Source: Eledone cirrhosa
Taxonomy: Eukaryota
Direction of reading: 5' to 3'
Length of the DNA: 64,000 nucleotides
Assembly: GCA_964016885.1 (NCBI GenBank)
Contig: OZ024745.1
Span: 58,838,001 to 58,902,000, forward strand
A model generated the notes under the pieces. It was not told where the DNA came from. It made no database searches and saw only the letters and a program-made list of their open reading frames with translations. This document shows positions 14,985 to 31,957 of the stretch, piece by piece. The position numbers and the translations under genes are program-made. The stretch's first letter is position 1. The number at the start of each line of letters is the position of its first letter.

Positions 14985-16010
14985 AGATCAGCCTTGATAC
15001 GAGAAAACTATGATCAAAAACATTCCCACCGAACCATCTCGTTTTTTTTTTTTGTTTTTTCCCAACGATTTCTCCAAGATAACATTATCGAATATATCCT
15101 TCCTTTCATAAATATAATTGGGAGGCTCTCTTCTTTTTTTTTACTGTTTCTAACAGGTGAAGCAACAGTTTAGTGGTTTCCTCTGTAACTCTTGAAATTA
15201 GTTGTTGAGAATGAGCCCAGCTCAGCACTGACTGAACAGACATATGATCAAATCATTTCAGCCATGACCAACACATCTTTTTGTATATCTAAAACTACGT
15301 TTTAATGTCTCCTCCCTTGTTGCAGTTATTAGGTTCTACGTCATCTATGATTGAGCAGACATATAACCAAATGTATTCCAGCCGTGATAATTCCGGGGGG
15401 TTGGGATATTACATGATATTTTAAAAGGAATTTTGCTGCTTTTTCTTACGTTTGTCAGACCGCACAAAAGCCACACTCGTTTGGCCCGCAGTTGTGGTGT
15501 GCGCGTTGCTGCTATTGTCCAGTCCTCGATCTACTATGCTCAATCACATCTTTAGCCCCAGTTCAGCTCTGATCAAGCAAAACTACAAGCAAGCCACCAC
15601 TAATACTCCATTAATACCACCACCACCACCAATACCGCCACCATAGAAATGGATACGTTACTATCGCTACGAGCAAGAACTCCGTCAACAGGATTGTTAT
15701 ATTCACATTTTGAGAGAGTTAGTATGCGATCTGAAGGTGATTGTGGGTGTTATTTCTAGCAATTTTTGTCACCATAAAAAGGGACATTCTGTTTGCTCGT
15801 AATCCTGATATTTAGGAAGTTGTTTCAACCATGAGCTAATATATGATCAAAGGTATTCCAACCATGACCAATCCGCGTGTGTAATACCCGCTTGGAACTG
15901 TATTACAGAATGTGTCCTTCCTTTTCTCAGATAACAGGATATAAGATGAGAGATGTCTGACAGCTATTTCTAGCATGTCGAGAGACCACATAAAGACTGT
16001 CTTGTTGGAC
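14985..16010 (+). repeat. Cluster of an old dispersed repeat
   Basis: atatgatcaaa(gg)tattccagccatgacca-like motif at about 15010, 15243, 15362 and 15841, also about 61237. Confidence 0.5.
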
Positions 16011-16203
16011 ATCAGTGTTTATATAAGGTGTTAATGTCGATTGCTTATATCAGGATATATTAAAGTGGCTAGTTGACAATTCCTATCAACATCTTCCTCT
16101 CCCTTACTATTATATATATACATATATATAGTGAAAGAATGACGAGTAACATGGTTGGCTGTACAACAAGGGGCTTTATTTCAGGTATTAACAATTGTTT
16201 CAT

Positions 16204-16271
<68 letters not shown>

Positions 16272-16337
16272 AGAGAGTAGGGAGAGAGAGAGAGATTTAA
16301 ATATATATATATATATATATATTTAATAGTGAAATAA

Positions 16338-16404
<67 letters not shown>

Positions 16405-16427
16405 GTGACGTAGCATGTCTTACGTAC

Positions 16428-16475
16428 TGATGATGTAATGGGTGTTCCCCTACCGAAACACACGCAAGATACCTC
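16428..16475 (+). ncRNA. Degenerate hammerhead-like motif
   Basis: CTGATGA-tgtaatgggtgttcccctacc-GAAA-cacacg-CA-agata next to (TA)n. The cleavage triplet and stem I are degraded. Confidence 0.35.
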
Positions 16476-16695
16476 GAACAGATATCCATCTTACACATCC
16501 GTACGCACACAGAATATAAACACACTTATATACAAACACACACACACACACACACATACACACATACGCGCACATACACACACATACACACATACACACA
16601 CAATATAACAGACACATTACAGTTGACACGTTGATATAAACTTAAACATAGCATTAAGCAAAGCTAACACATATACAAAGCAGTTTTACACATAG

Positions 16696-18540
<1,845 letters not shown>

Positions 18541-18751
18541 CCTGGACACATGTAAACACATACACATACACACCACCAGCTTCATATCAATCCCAGCAGT
18601 TAATTTGGCCTGGTACTTTTTTACGGATCGATCTATTTACGTGACATAAATAACACCGGTTTCCACATCGTAAATATACACACGATCCCCACTCCATATA
18701 TATATATATATATGTGTACACATATGCACACACATACACACATATATGCAC

Positions 18752-18832
<81 letters not shown>

Positions 18833-18879
18833 ACATACACACATTTATAAATATATATATATATATCTTAGAATTTCCT

Positions 18880-19800
18880 ATGAGAAAACATCAGGGCTGG
18901 TTTGATGAAGGCAACTCGAATGTCCAGAACCTTATTAGCAGGATGCATAACCTACACAGGATTTGCATTGGAGACAAAAACTCAGTAACAAAAAAGATAG
19001 CCTACAAAGATTGCAAGCAGCAGGTATAGCCCTCACTTAGAAAGATGAAAAATGCTTGGAGGATGGCTAAGGCAGTCGAACTACAAGCAGCTGCTGATAA
19101 AAAGGACTCATGAGCCTTTTATAACGGTCTCAATGCGGTGTATGATTCGAGGAAGGGCAGATCAAATCCAGTGCTTTTCTCTGATGGAACAACCCTATAC
19201 AGAGACAAAGATTCTCACTCGCTGGAAAGAACAGTTTTGAAAGGTCCTTAATGCTGGATCAGAAGTCAATGAAGATGTAATTTCATCTAGTCCACAAAGG
19301 CGGGCGATCCCTGAATTAGCGTTCAACCCAAACTTGAATGAAATAAAAGCTGGTATCAGGCAGCTATCATCCAATAAGGGTCCTAGTAAAGATGGCATCC
19401 CATCTGAAATCTTCAAATATGGTGGTAAAAAACTGTTTCGAAGGTTTCTTCAGCTATTTCTGGAGATCTGGAGAGTTGATGGTAAGATGCTAGCCAGTGT
19501 TATTCTCAACAGAATTACATCCAGACATGTTGATGTTATCTACCCTGGAAATCAATGTTGTTTTTGCACTGGTCGAGGTACTATTGACATGATTTTCTCT
19601 CTTCGCCAGGCTGCAGAGAAGGTTCGTGAAAAGAAGCAGGAGCTGTTTATGGTTTTTGTTGACTTGATTAAGGCCTTTGACACTGTCAATCGCAAAGCTC
19701 TTTGGAAAATATTCAAAAAGCTTGGCATCATACCTGATAATATGCTAAATATCATCATTCATATCTTTCCATGAGGGCATGAAAGCATCAGTAATAACCT
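18880..19800 (+). pseudogene. Decayed RTE-clade LINE, reverse transcriptase N-terminal part
   Basis: ORF 19334-19774: KGPSKDGIPSEIFKYGG, GRGTIDMIFSLRQ..EKVREK.QELFMVFVDLIKAFDTV; upstream QGWFDE; frameshifts and stops. Confidence 0.9.
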
Positions 19801-19979
19801 CATCGATTAATGTGTTTTTTTCCGTATACTTTTCATTATATATATATATAGTAATAATAATAAATTTGAAGACTAAAATCCAAAGAGGGCTCGATAAGGA
19901 TGAATATATATCAAATATATAAGAACCGTAGAGCAAATATTTATTAAATTAACAGATTAAAGTTTAATCTGTTAATTTA

Positions 19980-20040
<61 letters not shown>

Positions 20041-20042
<2 letters not shown>

Positions 20043-21230
20043 TGGTCTCAGGGTAGAGTAGGAAGGATACCTTGATGACCGGCAGCGTTATCCTTGGGGA
20101 TGGGCAGGTACACCTGACACTCACTTTTAGCTCCGAGATCTTTCTCATCCACACCCCGACATCTGCTTCAAAATAGCCCTGGACCGTGTTTGGCACGACG
20201 TTTCGTGGCCGCTGGTAAAGGATTATAACTTCGACAGCAACCTCATCCAAGTCATCTAAACAACCTACCAAAACCCAAACATTGCAGCCCTTTTCAATAA
20301 CAACGTTAATGACTTCTTCACGACAACAGTTGGAGTTCGACAAATATGTTTCCTCTCTCCAGTGCTTTTAAACATCATCCTGAAGAACATCGTGTTAGAA
20401 ACACTCCGGAACATCTACATGTCCATTTCTATTGGAGTATAGCTTCTCTCCAATTTGCGCTTTGCTGATGATATAGATATGCTGCGAGGCAGTAAAACGG
20501 AACTCCAGGAACCACTAACGGACTAGGAGTGTCCTCAGTATACGGAATGGAGATCAGCTCAGAAAAGGGCAGGATTTTAGTTAATAGTCAGAACCAGAAT
20601 ACAATAACCAGCATGATGGTAAAAGGAGGTAAACCTGGCTAGGTAGACAATTTCACGTAACTAGAGTCAAAGACGGCAGTTGACTAAAGACGAAGACAAA
20701 GCTCGGCCTGACCATTTCGACGGAGTTAAATATCATATGGAAAAGTAACTATATCAGATTTCCAACTGGGCTAAAATTGTACAAGGCCCTGGTGGTTTCG
20801 ATCCTTCTGTATGGATGTGAGAGCTGAACTCTTACAGCCGACACGGAACGAAGAATTCAGGCGTTTGGACACTAACGTTTCAGAAAGCGGCTACACTTCC
20901 TGTAAACGGATCACAATAAATTCAGTAAGTCAACAAATACACTGGCAGATAGGAACCCCTCTTTGAGATGGCCCGACGAACGCTCCCCTTGTACGGTCAT
21001 GTATCCCGCCACATGATTCCCAACCAAAACCATATTTCAGGGCACTGTTGAGGGAGGGGCGAAGAAAGGACAAAGAAAATTCTGGTCCGATAAGATCAAT
21101 GATTGGACAACATCGATCAATGATTGGACAACATCGCCACTCTTCTACGAATGACGAAGGAGAGAGACCAACGGTGATGGCTAAAACGTCATGAGTGGCA
21201 TCCAAACGACTAGTTGAACCAATTAGAACT
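20041..21230 (+). pseudogene. Decayed RTE-clade LINE, RT core to 3' end
   Basis: Reading across frames: LSPVLLNIIL, NLRFADDIDML (about 20450-20480), GMEISSEK, LKLYKALVVSILLYGCES. Confidence 0.88.
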
Positions 21231-21279
21231 AGATGTGTGTGTATGTGTGTAAGTCTATCTATATATATGTTTATGACGG

Positions 21280-21450
21280 CACCGCTTAACAACCGGTGCT
21301 GTTTGTTTATGTTTCTAAAATCTAGTAGTTCGACTTGTAGAGGCGAATGAAATAAGTACCAGATTTTTTTAAAAATAAGTACCGATGGCGTTCGAAAGCG
21401 GTACCACAGCATGGCCGTAGTCAATGACTGAAATCAGTAAATGAAAAGAG
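21280..21450 (+). mobile_element. Third SINE-like family, 3' part
   Basis: cagcatggcc.tagtcaatgactgaa motif shared with about 13340-13385 and 32220-32375. Confidence 0.55.
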
Positions 21451-21841
21451 AAAAAATACAAAAAAAAATATACATTTACCCACGAATCAGTGTGGATAAA
21501 TAGCATAAATTATTTGTAATTTTCAGTAATCGGAAGTATCCCACAATGGGGCAATAGGGTTATTTGATTTTCTTTTAAAGATTAGAGCTAGTATACTATG
21601 GGTATTGTTGCCTTTCCTCCTTACGGGGTCGATAAAATAAAGTACCAGTAATGTACTGGGTAATTGCTGGCCTTGTGCCTAAAGTAGAAACAATTATTGT
21701 TATCAACACCAGAAAAATAAAAGGTGAAGTCGACCTCGGCGAAATTTGATCTCAGACGGTGAAGGGCCATGTAGACGTGTATGTGTTATGTCAATACAAC
21801 AAATATTTACTGAAGTGGATAGATAGATATAAGGAGGTAGC

Positions 21842-21882
<41 letters not shown>

Positions 21883-21905
21883 ACATATGTACATACTTAT
21901 ATGGA

Positions 21906-21952
<47 letters not shown>

Positions 21953-22006
21953 GTGTGTGTATACGTATCTATATATATATATATATATATATATATTCAC
22001 ACACCC

Positions 22007-22086
<80 letters not shown>

Positions 22087-22481
22087 GTGTGCGCGTGTGC
22101 GTGCGTGCGTGTGTGTGAAATAAAAGGTAGAATGAATGAAATTTGAGTAGTTTTGGACGAATGGATAAATGTATAGATCTACACACATATACATACATAT
22201 ACGTACACACAGATACAGACACATTCACACACAAACACGCATATTTGTGAGTATACATAAAGACAGACAAATGGACATAGATAGATAGATAGATAGACCC
22301 TGTCATCAATCAATCCATCTACTCATACATACGCACACAGATATTTTCATTCAGTAGTGGGTGGATTGTTAAAGAGATAAACAGTTTATAGATTTATAGA
22401 CAAGCATAAAGACAGAGAGCGTTGAGTAAGATGGGGGGGGGGGGGGGGGGTTGATGACAGAAAAGAAAAGAAATCAACTGT

Positions 22482-22530
<49 letters not shown>

Positions 22531-22709
22531 TGTGATATTGTGATACGTGTATAGAGAAAGAAAGAAAGTGAGAAACAAACAAACATACAACAAACCTAAC
22601 ATGTATGCGTGTGTATGTGTATTTATATATATATATATAGAGAGAGAGATACATAGATACATACAGACAGACAGAACAGTCAGACAGACAGACACACAGA
22701 TAGATAGAT

Positions 22710-23087
22710 ATATTTCTTTATTTGCCACAAGGGCGCACAAGAAAAGGGGACAATACAAAGATACATGCCGGGGATTTTACATACAGTCGTGTAAAAATAT
22801 TGAAACAAACAAATTATAACGACAGATAGCTAGCTAGATCGATAGATAGATAGATAAATTTCTTTATTAGCCACAAGGGCACAAAAGAAGGGGACAAATA
22901 CAAATAGGGAGTTTACATACAGGTATATGAAAATAAAACTATTAATAAAATAACAAAGATAGATAGATTACTAGATCGATAGGTAGATAGATAGATTTCT
23001 TTATTTGCCACAAGGGCGCAACAAGAAAGGGGACAATACAAAGACATGCCGGGGATATTACATACAGTCGTGTAAAAAATATGAAAC

Positions 23088-23090
<3 letters not shown>
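22710..23090 (-). repeat. Three tandem retroelement-like 3' ends with (TCTA)n tails
   Basis: atttctttatt(t/a)gccacaagggc..ggggacaa repeated at about 22712, 22858 and 22995, each preceded by (gata)n; AATAAA on the minus strand. Confidence 0.65.
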
Positions 23091-23122
<32 letters not shown>

Positions 23123-23685
23123 TACTCGTTATTCGATCAATGAAACCTCCTTATCATTGTTGTAAGAGGGTAAGTATTCCAGAGACACGTGTACCTTTAA
23201 TTTAATCGTCAAACACAATCACTGTGACACAAGGTTGGCCTTTTATATTACATATACAGTGAATTCGAATGGCTTCCACATAGTTACCGTCAACAATTTT
23301 GCTAATAGGACATATTTCGGCTGGATGTTAGCGTAAAAGTCGCTTGTTCAGGTTACCTCACCGAAGAATTGACTCGCCGACCTTATAATTGCAAAGCGAA
23401 CTTCTTTACAACTTAGTAGTGCTTGCGCTCATATGCACACACTCACACAAACATATGTGTGTATGTATAGATAATTGTATGTTAGTAAACCGGAGTATGA
23501 CCTCATATCAAAAGGTTTCGTGCTGTTGAAGTTAGTCAACCGTACTCATTGAAACTACGTATGCCCGAAACCTTTTAGTATGAGAAAATCATCCGGTCTA
23601 CCAACACGCAAATATATTAAACTCTACATATTTCTAACTCGGGTGTTCATTAAATTGAATCATATACAACTCTCTCTCTCTCTCC

Positions 23686-23763
<78 letters not shown>

Positions 23764-23766
23764 GTA

Positions 23767-23797
<31 letters not shown>

Positions 23798-24404
23798 AAG
23801 TGTTTGTGTGTGTGTAAGTGTTTGTGTGTGTGTAAATAAATGATATATTTATATAAAAGCATGCACATATGTACGTATGTATCTTTTAATAGCAAATATA
23901 AATATTTAAAGAAAAAAGACAGGAAATTCTTTAAATGATGGTCATTCTGAACTAAGGAAAAGAAGAAGAATTGTCAGTAAACAGAGATAAAGCGAAGCAA
24001 GAAAAGTAGTAATAGTGATAATAGCATTTGTTTTTCTAGTAATAGTAGTTTGGTAAAGATTTCGTCTCGACGTTGGCAGGCCCTCCCAAACCGGTAGAAG
24101 TAATACAAATATCCTCCCAACGTTTAAATCTATATTTTCTAAAGATATACCTTAACACTTGTCTTAAGTCAGGACTCTCTTGATGTAAACACACACACAC
24201 ACTGTATGTATGTATATATATTATATAAACATATTATATATTTATCATATTATATATTTATCATATTATATATTTATCATATATATTATAGAAATAATAA
24301 ATTGTTCATTAAACAATAAAATTAGAAAGTAAAATAGAAATTCTATTTTACTTTCTAATTTATTAGAAACTATGAAATAAACATGTACGTTGTGAGATAT
24401 ATTT

Positions 24405-24599
<195 letters not shown>

Positions 24600-24810
24600 C
24601 AATATATTAATAAATGGAAACTATATTTATAAAACCATATTTATTTTATTATAAATATTCCAAGAGCAATCAAGGCAAATTATGGTGCGCTTTCATCAGA
24701 TAAAATACAGATTTGTTTTATAAATAAATATTGACATAACCGGAAAAAAGACAACCTTAACGGTTGGAGCTTCCTGGATAGTTGAATACCAACAAATTAA
24801 ATATAACCTC

Positions 24811-24878
<68 letters not shown>

Positions 24879-24962
24879 TAAGTTATTCCGGGTTGAATCG
24901 GAGGTAACCACAGTAAGTAAGGTACTCAACACATAGCAGAGTATAAAAGTTTTAATATAGAT

Positions 24963-25015
24963 GAGATTCTACAGGACTAGAACTGTTTCATTCTTTAGAA
25001 ATCATCAGGATTCTC
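24963..25015 (-). ncRNA. Type I hammerhead ribozyme, family B variant
   Basis: Reverse complement: gagaatc-CTGATGA-t ttc taaa gaa t-GAAA-cag ttctagtc ctg-TA-gaatctc, within fold-back 24879-25057. Confidence 0.75.
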
Positions 25016-25187
25016 TAAAGAATGAAACAGTTCTAGTCCTGTAGAATCTCATCTATATATATATATATATATATATACATTAGGGTATATATATATATAC
25101 ATTAGCATACTAACGTATACCCTAATGTTTGTTGAGTGAGATGGTTACCAGTCAGAGTTTAGCTTAAAGCGTTCTCTGTTATTGTAT

Positions 25188-25279
<92 letters not shown>

Positions 25280-25462
25280 CATATATATATGGGGGAGGGA
25301 GGGGGGTAGACAGATGGATAGACGGCTAGAGATATGTTAACGTAAGTTTGTAGATTTATAGGTGTAAAAATGAAAATTGGATGATTTGCCAGCATCGGTG
25401 AAACTTGAGTACACCTGAAGCTATAGACAAACACACACACAGACACACACACGTATATATAC

Positions 25463-25512
<50 letters not shown>

Positions 25513-25760
25513 GTGTTGCGAGTAAACAATGTTACGGTTAACTAATGGAATTAAATATAACAACAAACGTTTCTTGATTAAAGGTGGGGAAGCTTAATTG
25601 AAGATAATATAATTCTTGGATTGACAGGTGCCCCGAATTTCGCCTTTCGTGTCTACTTCATCCCGCCTTTGTGAGTGTGTGTATGTGTACGTCTGTTTGT
25701 ATGCGTGTATGTATGTAGTTTGGTAATGTATACATGCATGTACGTCCGTATAAATGCCTG

Positions 25761-25850
<90 letters not shown>

Positions 25851-25934
25851 CATCACATAATTAGAACTAATAGTTAACAAGACACCTAACGATAACAGGT
25901 AAAAACTCATAAAAAGTTATATGTAATATATATG

Positions 25935-26062
<128 letters not shown>

Positions 26063-26081
26063 CATACATATATATATATAC

Positions 26082-26149
<68 letters not shown>

Positions 26150-26251
26150 TTTCTGAATTTGTTTAGCAAGATTCTTTATCTGAAAACGTGTGTTGAAGGT
26201 GGCGTAGGACAGAACAAAGGAGAGGCACAAAAACAAAGAAAAGAATCCCCA

Positions 26252-26294
26252 GTCACTGAAGAGGTCACAGAATGTGTGACGAAAGAACTTTGAC
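26252..26294 (+). ncRNA. Type I hammerhead ribozyme, family L
   Basis: gtca-CTGAAGA-g gtcaca gaatg tgtgac-GAAA-gaac-TT-tgac. The element spans about 26148-26443 between (TA)n tracts. Confidence 0.8.
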
Positions 26295-26527
26295 AATATA
26301 TGAACAACCGTCTGGTTGTGGAACCAACCAACCAATCAACCGGAAATTTATAAATTTATAAATTTAATTTAGAATAAATTGAAGTGAAAGCAACTGGTGC
26401 GTGTGTTTCTTATTGGCAACATGACCCTCCCAAAGTATAACAATATATATATATATATATATATACATACATATATAAGTACACATATATATGCATATAT
26501 ATATATGTGTGTGTGTGCGTGTATATG

Positions 26528-26578
<51 letters not shown>

Positions 26579-26768
26579 GGTAAACAGAAATAACAACACA
26601 ATCGGTTCGGTATAATGATAATGATAATTGTTTCTACTTTAGGCACAAGGCCAGCAAATACTCAGTACATTACTGGTACTTTATTTTATCGACCCCGTAA
26701 GGATGAAAGGCAAAGTTAATAATAATAACAATGATGATGATAGTAATAACAATAAATTAACAACTTAC

Positions 26769-26817
26769 CTGTAATAATAATTAGTAAGAGACGTGTTAAC
26801 CTGTTAGTGGCAATCAT
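26769..26817 (-). CDS. Putative first coding exon segment of a host gene (signal-peptide-like MIATNRLTRLLLIIIT)
   Basis: ggccATG start, 16 codons plus 1 nt, then donor CAG|GTAAGT; candidate acceptor tatag| at 26998/26997. A non-repetitive island amid repeats. Confidence 0.35.
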
Positions 26818-27107
26818 GGCCAAAACGACTGGTTGATGATGTTGTATATTGCTGAGCCAACGGTATATTGTTCACTGTAAAAGGTGGACCCCCATCACAC
26901 GGAACTAGCTCTGGCACCATAGCAATTAATAGAGCATCACACTGACTCAATGTGATGTTACATCCTACTTGTTTAAACAGCAGCCAGGTATAGATACCTA
27001 TATAAGCATATAGCAGATAGATATTATGTTGTCAGTGGAGACGTGTGCTTGTGTCCGTGTGTAAGTCAAGCTGTATCAGAGTATGCCTGCGTATATCTTT
27101 GTTTATC

Positions 27108-27156
<49 letters not shown>

Positions 27157-27349
27157 TTATGTTTATGTTTATGTGTGTGTATATATATATGTGTGTGTTT
27201 ATGTCAATGTGTGTGTATTTATTTATGTATATATCTATATATATATATGTATATGTGTGTGTGTATGTATGTATGTATATATATAAATGTAGGGAATAAA
27301 TTTTACGATTGTTATCGAAGAATTCTGTACGGGGTAAGTGAGATCTCAA

Positions 27350-28700
27350 TAGAATGCGTGTGTGTGTGTAAGTGTATGTGTGAGGGGTGTGTGTGTGTGT
27401 GTGTGTGTGCGGAGTGTGTGAGTGTGTAAGTATGTGCGCGCGGCGTGTGTGAGTGTGTAAGTATGTGTGTGCGGCGCGTGTGAGTGTGTAAGTATGTGTG
27501 CTGCGTGTGTGTGTATGTGTGTAAGAATATGTGTGCGGTGTGTGTGTGTATGTGTGTGCGGCGTGTATGTGTGTGTAAGTGTGTAAGTATATGTGTGCGG
27601 TGTGCGTGTGTATGTGTAAGTATATGTGTGCGGCGTGTATGTGTGTGTAAGTATATGTGTGCGGTGTGCATGTGCGTGTGCATGTGCGTGTGCATGTGTG
27701 TGTTTAAGTATATGTGTGCGGTGTGTGTGTGTATGTGTGTGTGTAAGTATATGAGTGCGGCGTGTGTGAGTGTGTAAGTATATGTGTGCGGCGTGTATGT
27801 GTGTGTAAGTATGTGTGCGGTGTGCGTGTGTATGTGTGTGTAAGTATATGTGTGCGGCGTGTGTGTGTCTGTGTAAGTATATGTGTGCGGTGTGCGTGTG
27901 TATGTGTGTGTAAGTATATGTGTGCGGAGTGTATGTGTGTGTAAGTATATGTGTGCGGCGTGTATGTGTGTGTGTGTAAGTATGTGTGCGGTGTGCGTGT
28001 GTCTGTGTGTGTAAGTATGTGTGCGGCGTGCGTGTGTGTGTGTAAGTATGTGTGTGCGGTGTGCGTATGTGTGTGTGTAACTATATGCGTGCGGTGTGTA
28101 TGTGTGTGTAAGTATATGTGTGCGGCGTGTATGTATGTGTGTGTAAGTATGTGTGCGGTGTGCGTGCGTGTGTATGTGTGTGAGTATATGTGTGCGGTGT
28201 GCGTGTGTGTGTGTGTAACTATATGCGTGCGGTGTGTATGTGTGTGTAAGTATATGTGTGCGGCGTGTGTGTGTGTGTGTGTGAGTATATGTGTGCGGTG
28301 TGCGTGTGTATGTGTGTGTAAGTATATGTGTGCGGTGTGCGGTGTGTATGTGTGTGTAAGTATATGTGTGCGGCGTGTATGTGTGTGTGTGTAAGTATGT
28401 GTGCGGTGTGCGTGTGTGTGTGTGCGTAAGTATATGTGTGCGTGTGTGTTGGTGTAAGTATATGTGTGCGGTGTGCGTGTGTATGTGTGTGTAAGTATAT
28501 GTTTGCGGTGTGTATGTGTGTGTATGTATATGTGTGCGGCGTGTATGTGTGTGTGTGTAAGTATGTGTGCGGTGTGCGTGCGTGTGTGTGTGTGCGTAAG
28601 TATATGTGCGCGCGTGTGTGTGTGTGTGTAAGTATATGTGTGCGGTGTGTATACGTATGTATGTGTGGGCTGTGTGTGTGTGTGTGTGTGTGTGTGCGTA
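27350..28700. repeat. GT-rich minisatellite derived from (GT)n
   Basis: Recurrent gtgtaagtatatgtgtgcgg(t/c)gtg unit of about 25-35 bp. Confidence 0.9.
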
Positions 28701-28795
28701 CTTTTCGGATTTATTTAAGTTCTTGGCAGAAGTCAAGCCGGTCACTAGCAAATAGTTCCACGGATTTGCTAGTATGTGTGAGTGAATGTATATAA

Positions 28796-28841
<46 letters not shown>

Positions 28842-29917
28842 TGTACCTGTTGAGGTATTCATCCACTTCTATATATATATATGTGTGTGTATATAGTGGG
28901 TATACGTAACGGCTGCACCACACGGCTGTCTGATTACTTAATACATGTGTGGCTAGGCCACACATACATACATATATATATATATGGATGGATTAATGGA
29001 TACTACAGAGCATATATATGTGTATATATGGGTAGAAGAGCTTGTTGCGTGTGTGCATGTGTTTATATGTATATATAAAGAGACTCAAGCTTGTGTGTAT
29101 GCGTGTGCGTGCGCGCGCGCGTATGTCTGTGCGTGCGTGTGTGTGTGCATGTGTATGCGCACTTGTATGTATCTATGCATGTATGTGTGTATGCGTTATC
29201 TGTACATAAGCAGTAGTAGGTGTGTTTTCATATTTATTCAATATTACGTTATAAGGAAGATTTTATGGCATACACACACATGCATGTGTATATATGTATA
29301 TGTAAGTATGTATAAACACACACTCTACTAAACATATATATATACACACACCGTACGGCAGAGCACCCTCGAGTTTTCTTTGTGCGTTGTCTCTTGTTTT
29401 TTTCATCTCTCCTACTTATTCTATCTCTCTCACTCACTCACCCTCTTTCTCTCTCTTTTTCTATCTATCTACTTATCTATTTCTCCCTCTCTCTATCTCT
29501 TTCTATATATCTCTCTATCTCTTTCTCTATTTATATATCTCTCCCTCACTCTCTCTCGTCCTCTATATATCTACATATCTATCTACCTCCCTCTCCACTC
29601 TCTCCTCACTCTATCTCTCTATCCCTCTCGCTCTCTCACCCTCTATCTATCTCTCCCTCTCTCTCCCTCTCTCACCTGCTATCTATCTATCTCTCCTTCT
29701 CTCTCCCTCTCCTTCCCTCTCTCATACTCTCTCTCCCTCTCTCCCTCTCACTTTCTCTCCCTCTCTCTCTCCCTCTCACCTATCTATCTCTCCCTCTCTC
29801 TCGTCCTTCTCTTCTTTCTATCTTCCTCTATTCTATCTCTTCCTGTCCTCAACTCTTCCCATCTCTCTTAATCACTCACCTTCGATACCCAGTTCGAAGA
29901 CGATGACGTCGATGTTA

Positions 29918-31758
29918 TGTGGTGGTGGTGGTGGTGGTGGTGGTGGTGGTGGTGGTGATGGTTGCTGATGGTGGTGGTGGAGGTGGTGTGTGGTGGTGGT
30001 GGTGGTGGTGGTGGTGTGTGGTGGTGTCTGGTGGTGGTGGTGGTGGTGGTGATGGTTGCTGATGGTGGTGGTGGAGGTGGTGGTGGTGTGTGTGTGGTGG
30101 TGGTGGTGGTGGTGGTGGAGGTGGTGGTGGTGTGTGTGTGGTGGTGGTGGTGGTGGTGGTGGTGGTGGTGTGTGGTGGTGGTGGTGGTGGTGGTGGTGTG
30201 TGGTGTCTGGTGGTGGTGGTGGTGTGTGGTGGTGGTGGTGGTGGTGGTGGCGGTGTGTGGTGGTGGTGGTGGTGGTAGTGGTGGTGTGTGGTGGTGGTGG
30301 TGGTGGTGGTGGTGTGTGGTGTCTGGTGGTGGTGGTGGTGTGTGGTGGTGGTGGTGGTGGTGGTGGCGGTGTGAGGTGGTGGTGGTGGTGGTAGTGGTGG
30401 TGTGGTGGTGGTGGTGGTGGTGGTGGTGGTGGTGGTGTGTGGTGGTGGTGGTGGTGGTGTGTGTGTGGTGGTGGGGATGTCTGGTGGTGATGGTGGTGGT
30501 GTGTGTGTGGTGGTGGTGGTGGTGTGTGTGTGGTGGTGGTGGTGATGGTGATGGTGGTGGTGGTGATGGTTGATGATGGTGGTGGTGGTGGTCGTGGTCG
30601 TGGTGATGGTGGTGGTGATGGTGGTGGTGGTGATGATGGTAGTGGTTTGGTGGTGGGGGTGATGGTGGGGGGGGGGGGGGGGTAATGGTGGTGGTGATGG
30701 TGGTGGTGATGGTGGTGGTGGTGGTGATGATGGTGGTGGTTTGGGGGGGGGGGGGTAATGGTGGTGATGATGGTGGTGGTGGTGGTGGTGGTGGTGGTGG
30801 TGGTGGTCGTGGTGTGTGTGTGGTGATGGTGGTGATGGTGGTGATGATGGTGGTCGTGGTGGTGGTGGTGGTGGTGGTGATGGTGGTGGTGGTGGTGTGT
30901 GGCGGTGTGTGGTGGTGGTGGTTGTGTGTGTGTGTGGTGGTGGTGGTGATGGTGGTGATGATGATGGTGGTGGTGGTGGTGGTGATGGTGGTGGTGGTAG
31001 TGGTAGTGGTTGTGGTTGTGGTAGTGGTCGTGGTCTTGGTGGTCATGGTGGTGATGATGATGGTGGTGGTGGTGTGTGGTGGTGGTGGTGGTAGTGGTGG
31101 TGGTAGTGGTGGTGGTGGCGGCGGCGGTGATGATGGTGGTGATGTGATGACGATGATGTTATGACGAGGATGATTGCGATGAGGATGGTGATGATGAAAA
31201 ATATGGCGGTAGTGGTGGTGGTCGTCGTGGTGATGGTGGTAGTGGTGGTGGTGATGGTGGTCGTCGTGGTGATGGTGGTGGTGGTGGTGACAGTGGTGGT
31301 TGTTGTGATGGTGGTGATGGTGGTCGTCGTGGTGATGGTGGTGGTGGTGGTGGTGGTGGTGGTGGTGGTGGTGGTGATGGTGGTCGTCGTGGTGATGGTG
31401 GTAGTCGTGGTGATGGTGGTCGTCGTGGTGATGGTGGTGACAGTGGTGGTTGTTGTGATGGTGGTGATGGTGGTCGTCGTGGTGATGGTGGTGGTGGTGG
31501 TGATGGTGGTCGTCGTGGTGATGGTGGTAGTCGTGGTGATGGTGGTCGTCGTGGTGATGGTGGTGGTGGTGGTGACAGTGGTGGTTGTTGTGATGGTGGT
31601 GGTCACCGTGGTGACCACGATGATGGCGGCGACAATGGCGGCGACAATGGCGGCGACAATGGCGGCGACAATGGCGGCGACAATGGCTAATGTGGCCGAT
31701 GTTTCGAATGTTTGGGGGAGGGATATGAGCTCTGTTATAGAATGGCAAAATAGCTGCG

Positions 31759-31807
<49 letters not shown>

Positions 31808-31957
31808 CGGTGGTGGCGGTGGTTGTGGTTGTGGTTGTGGTTGTGGTAGTGGTGGTGGTCGTGGACATGGTGGTGATGGTGGTGGTAGTGGTGGTGGTAG
31901 TGGTGGTGGTGGTCGTCGTCGTCGACGTGGTGGTGGTGGTGGTGGTAGTGGTGGTGA
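29918..31957. repeat. About 2-kb compound triplet repeat (GGT/GAT/GTC/AGT)
   Basis: Degenerate (GGT)n with higher-order units such as gtcgtcgtggtgatggtg and (atggcggcgaca)n. Confidence 0.95.

Noticed and set aside
20381-20410. CTGAAGA...GAAA hammerhead-like string
   Set aside because: Lies in the LINE RT coding frame and has no stem I; a chance match.
27312-28862. 516-aa HT-rich ORF and the many YI/CV/HT/ER ORFs
   Set aside because: Dinucleotide and minisatellite repeats lack stop codons, so open frames carry no information.
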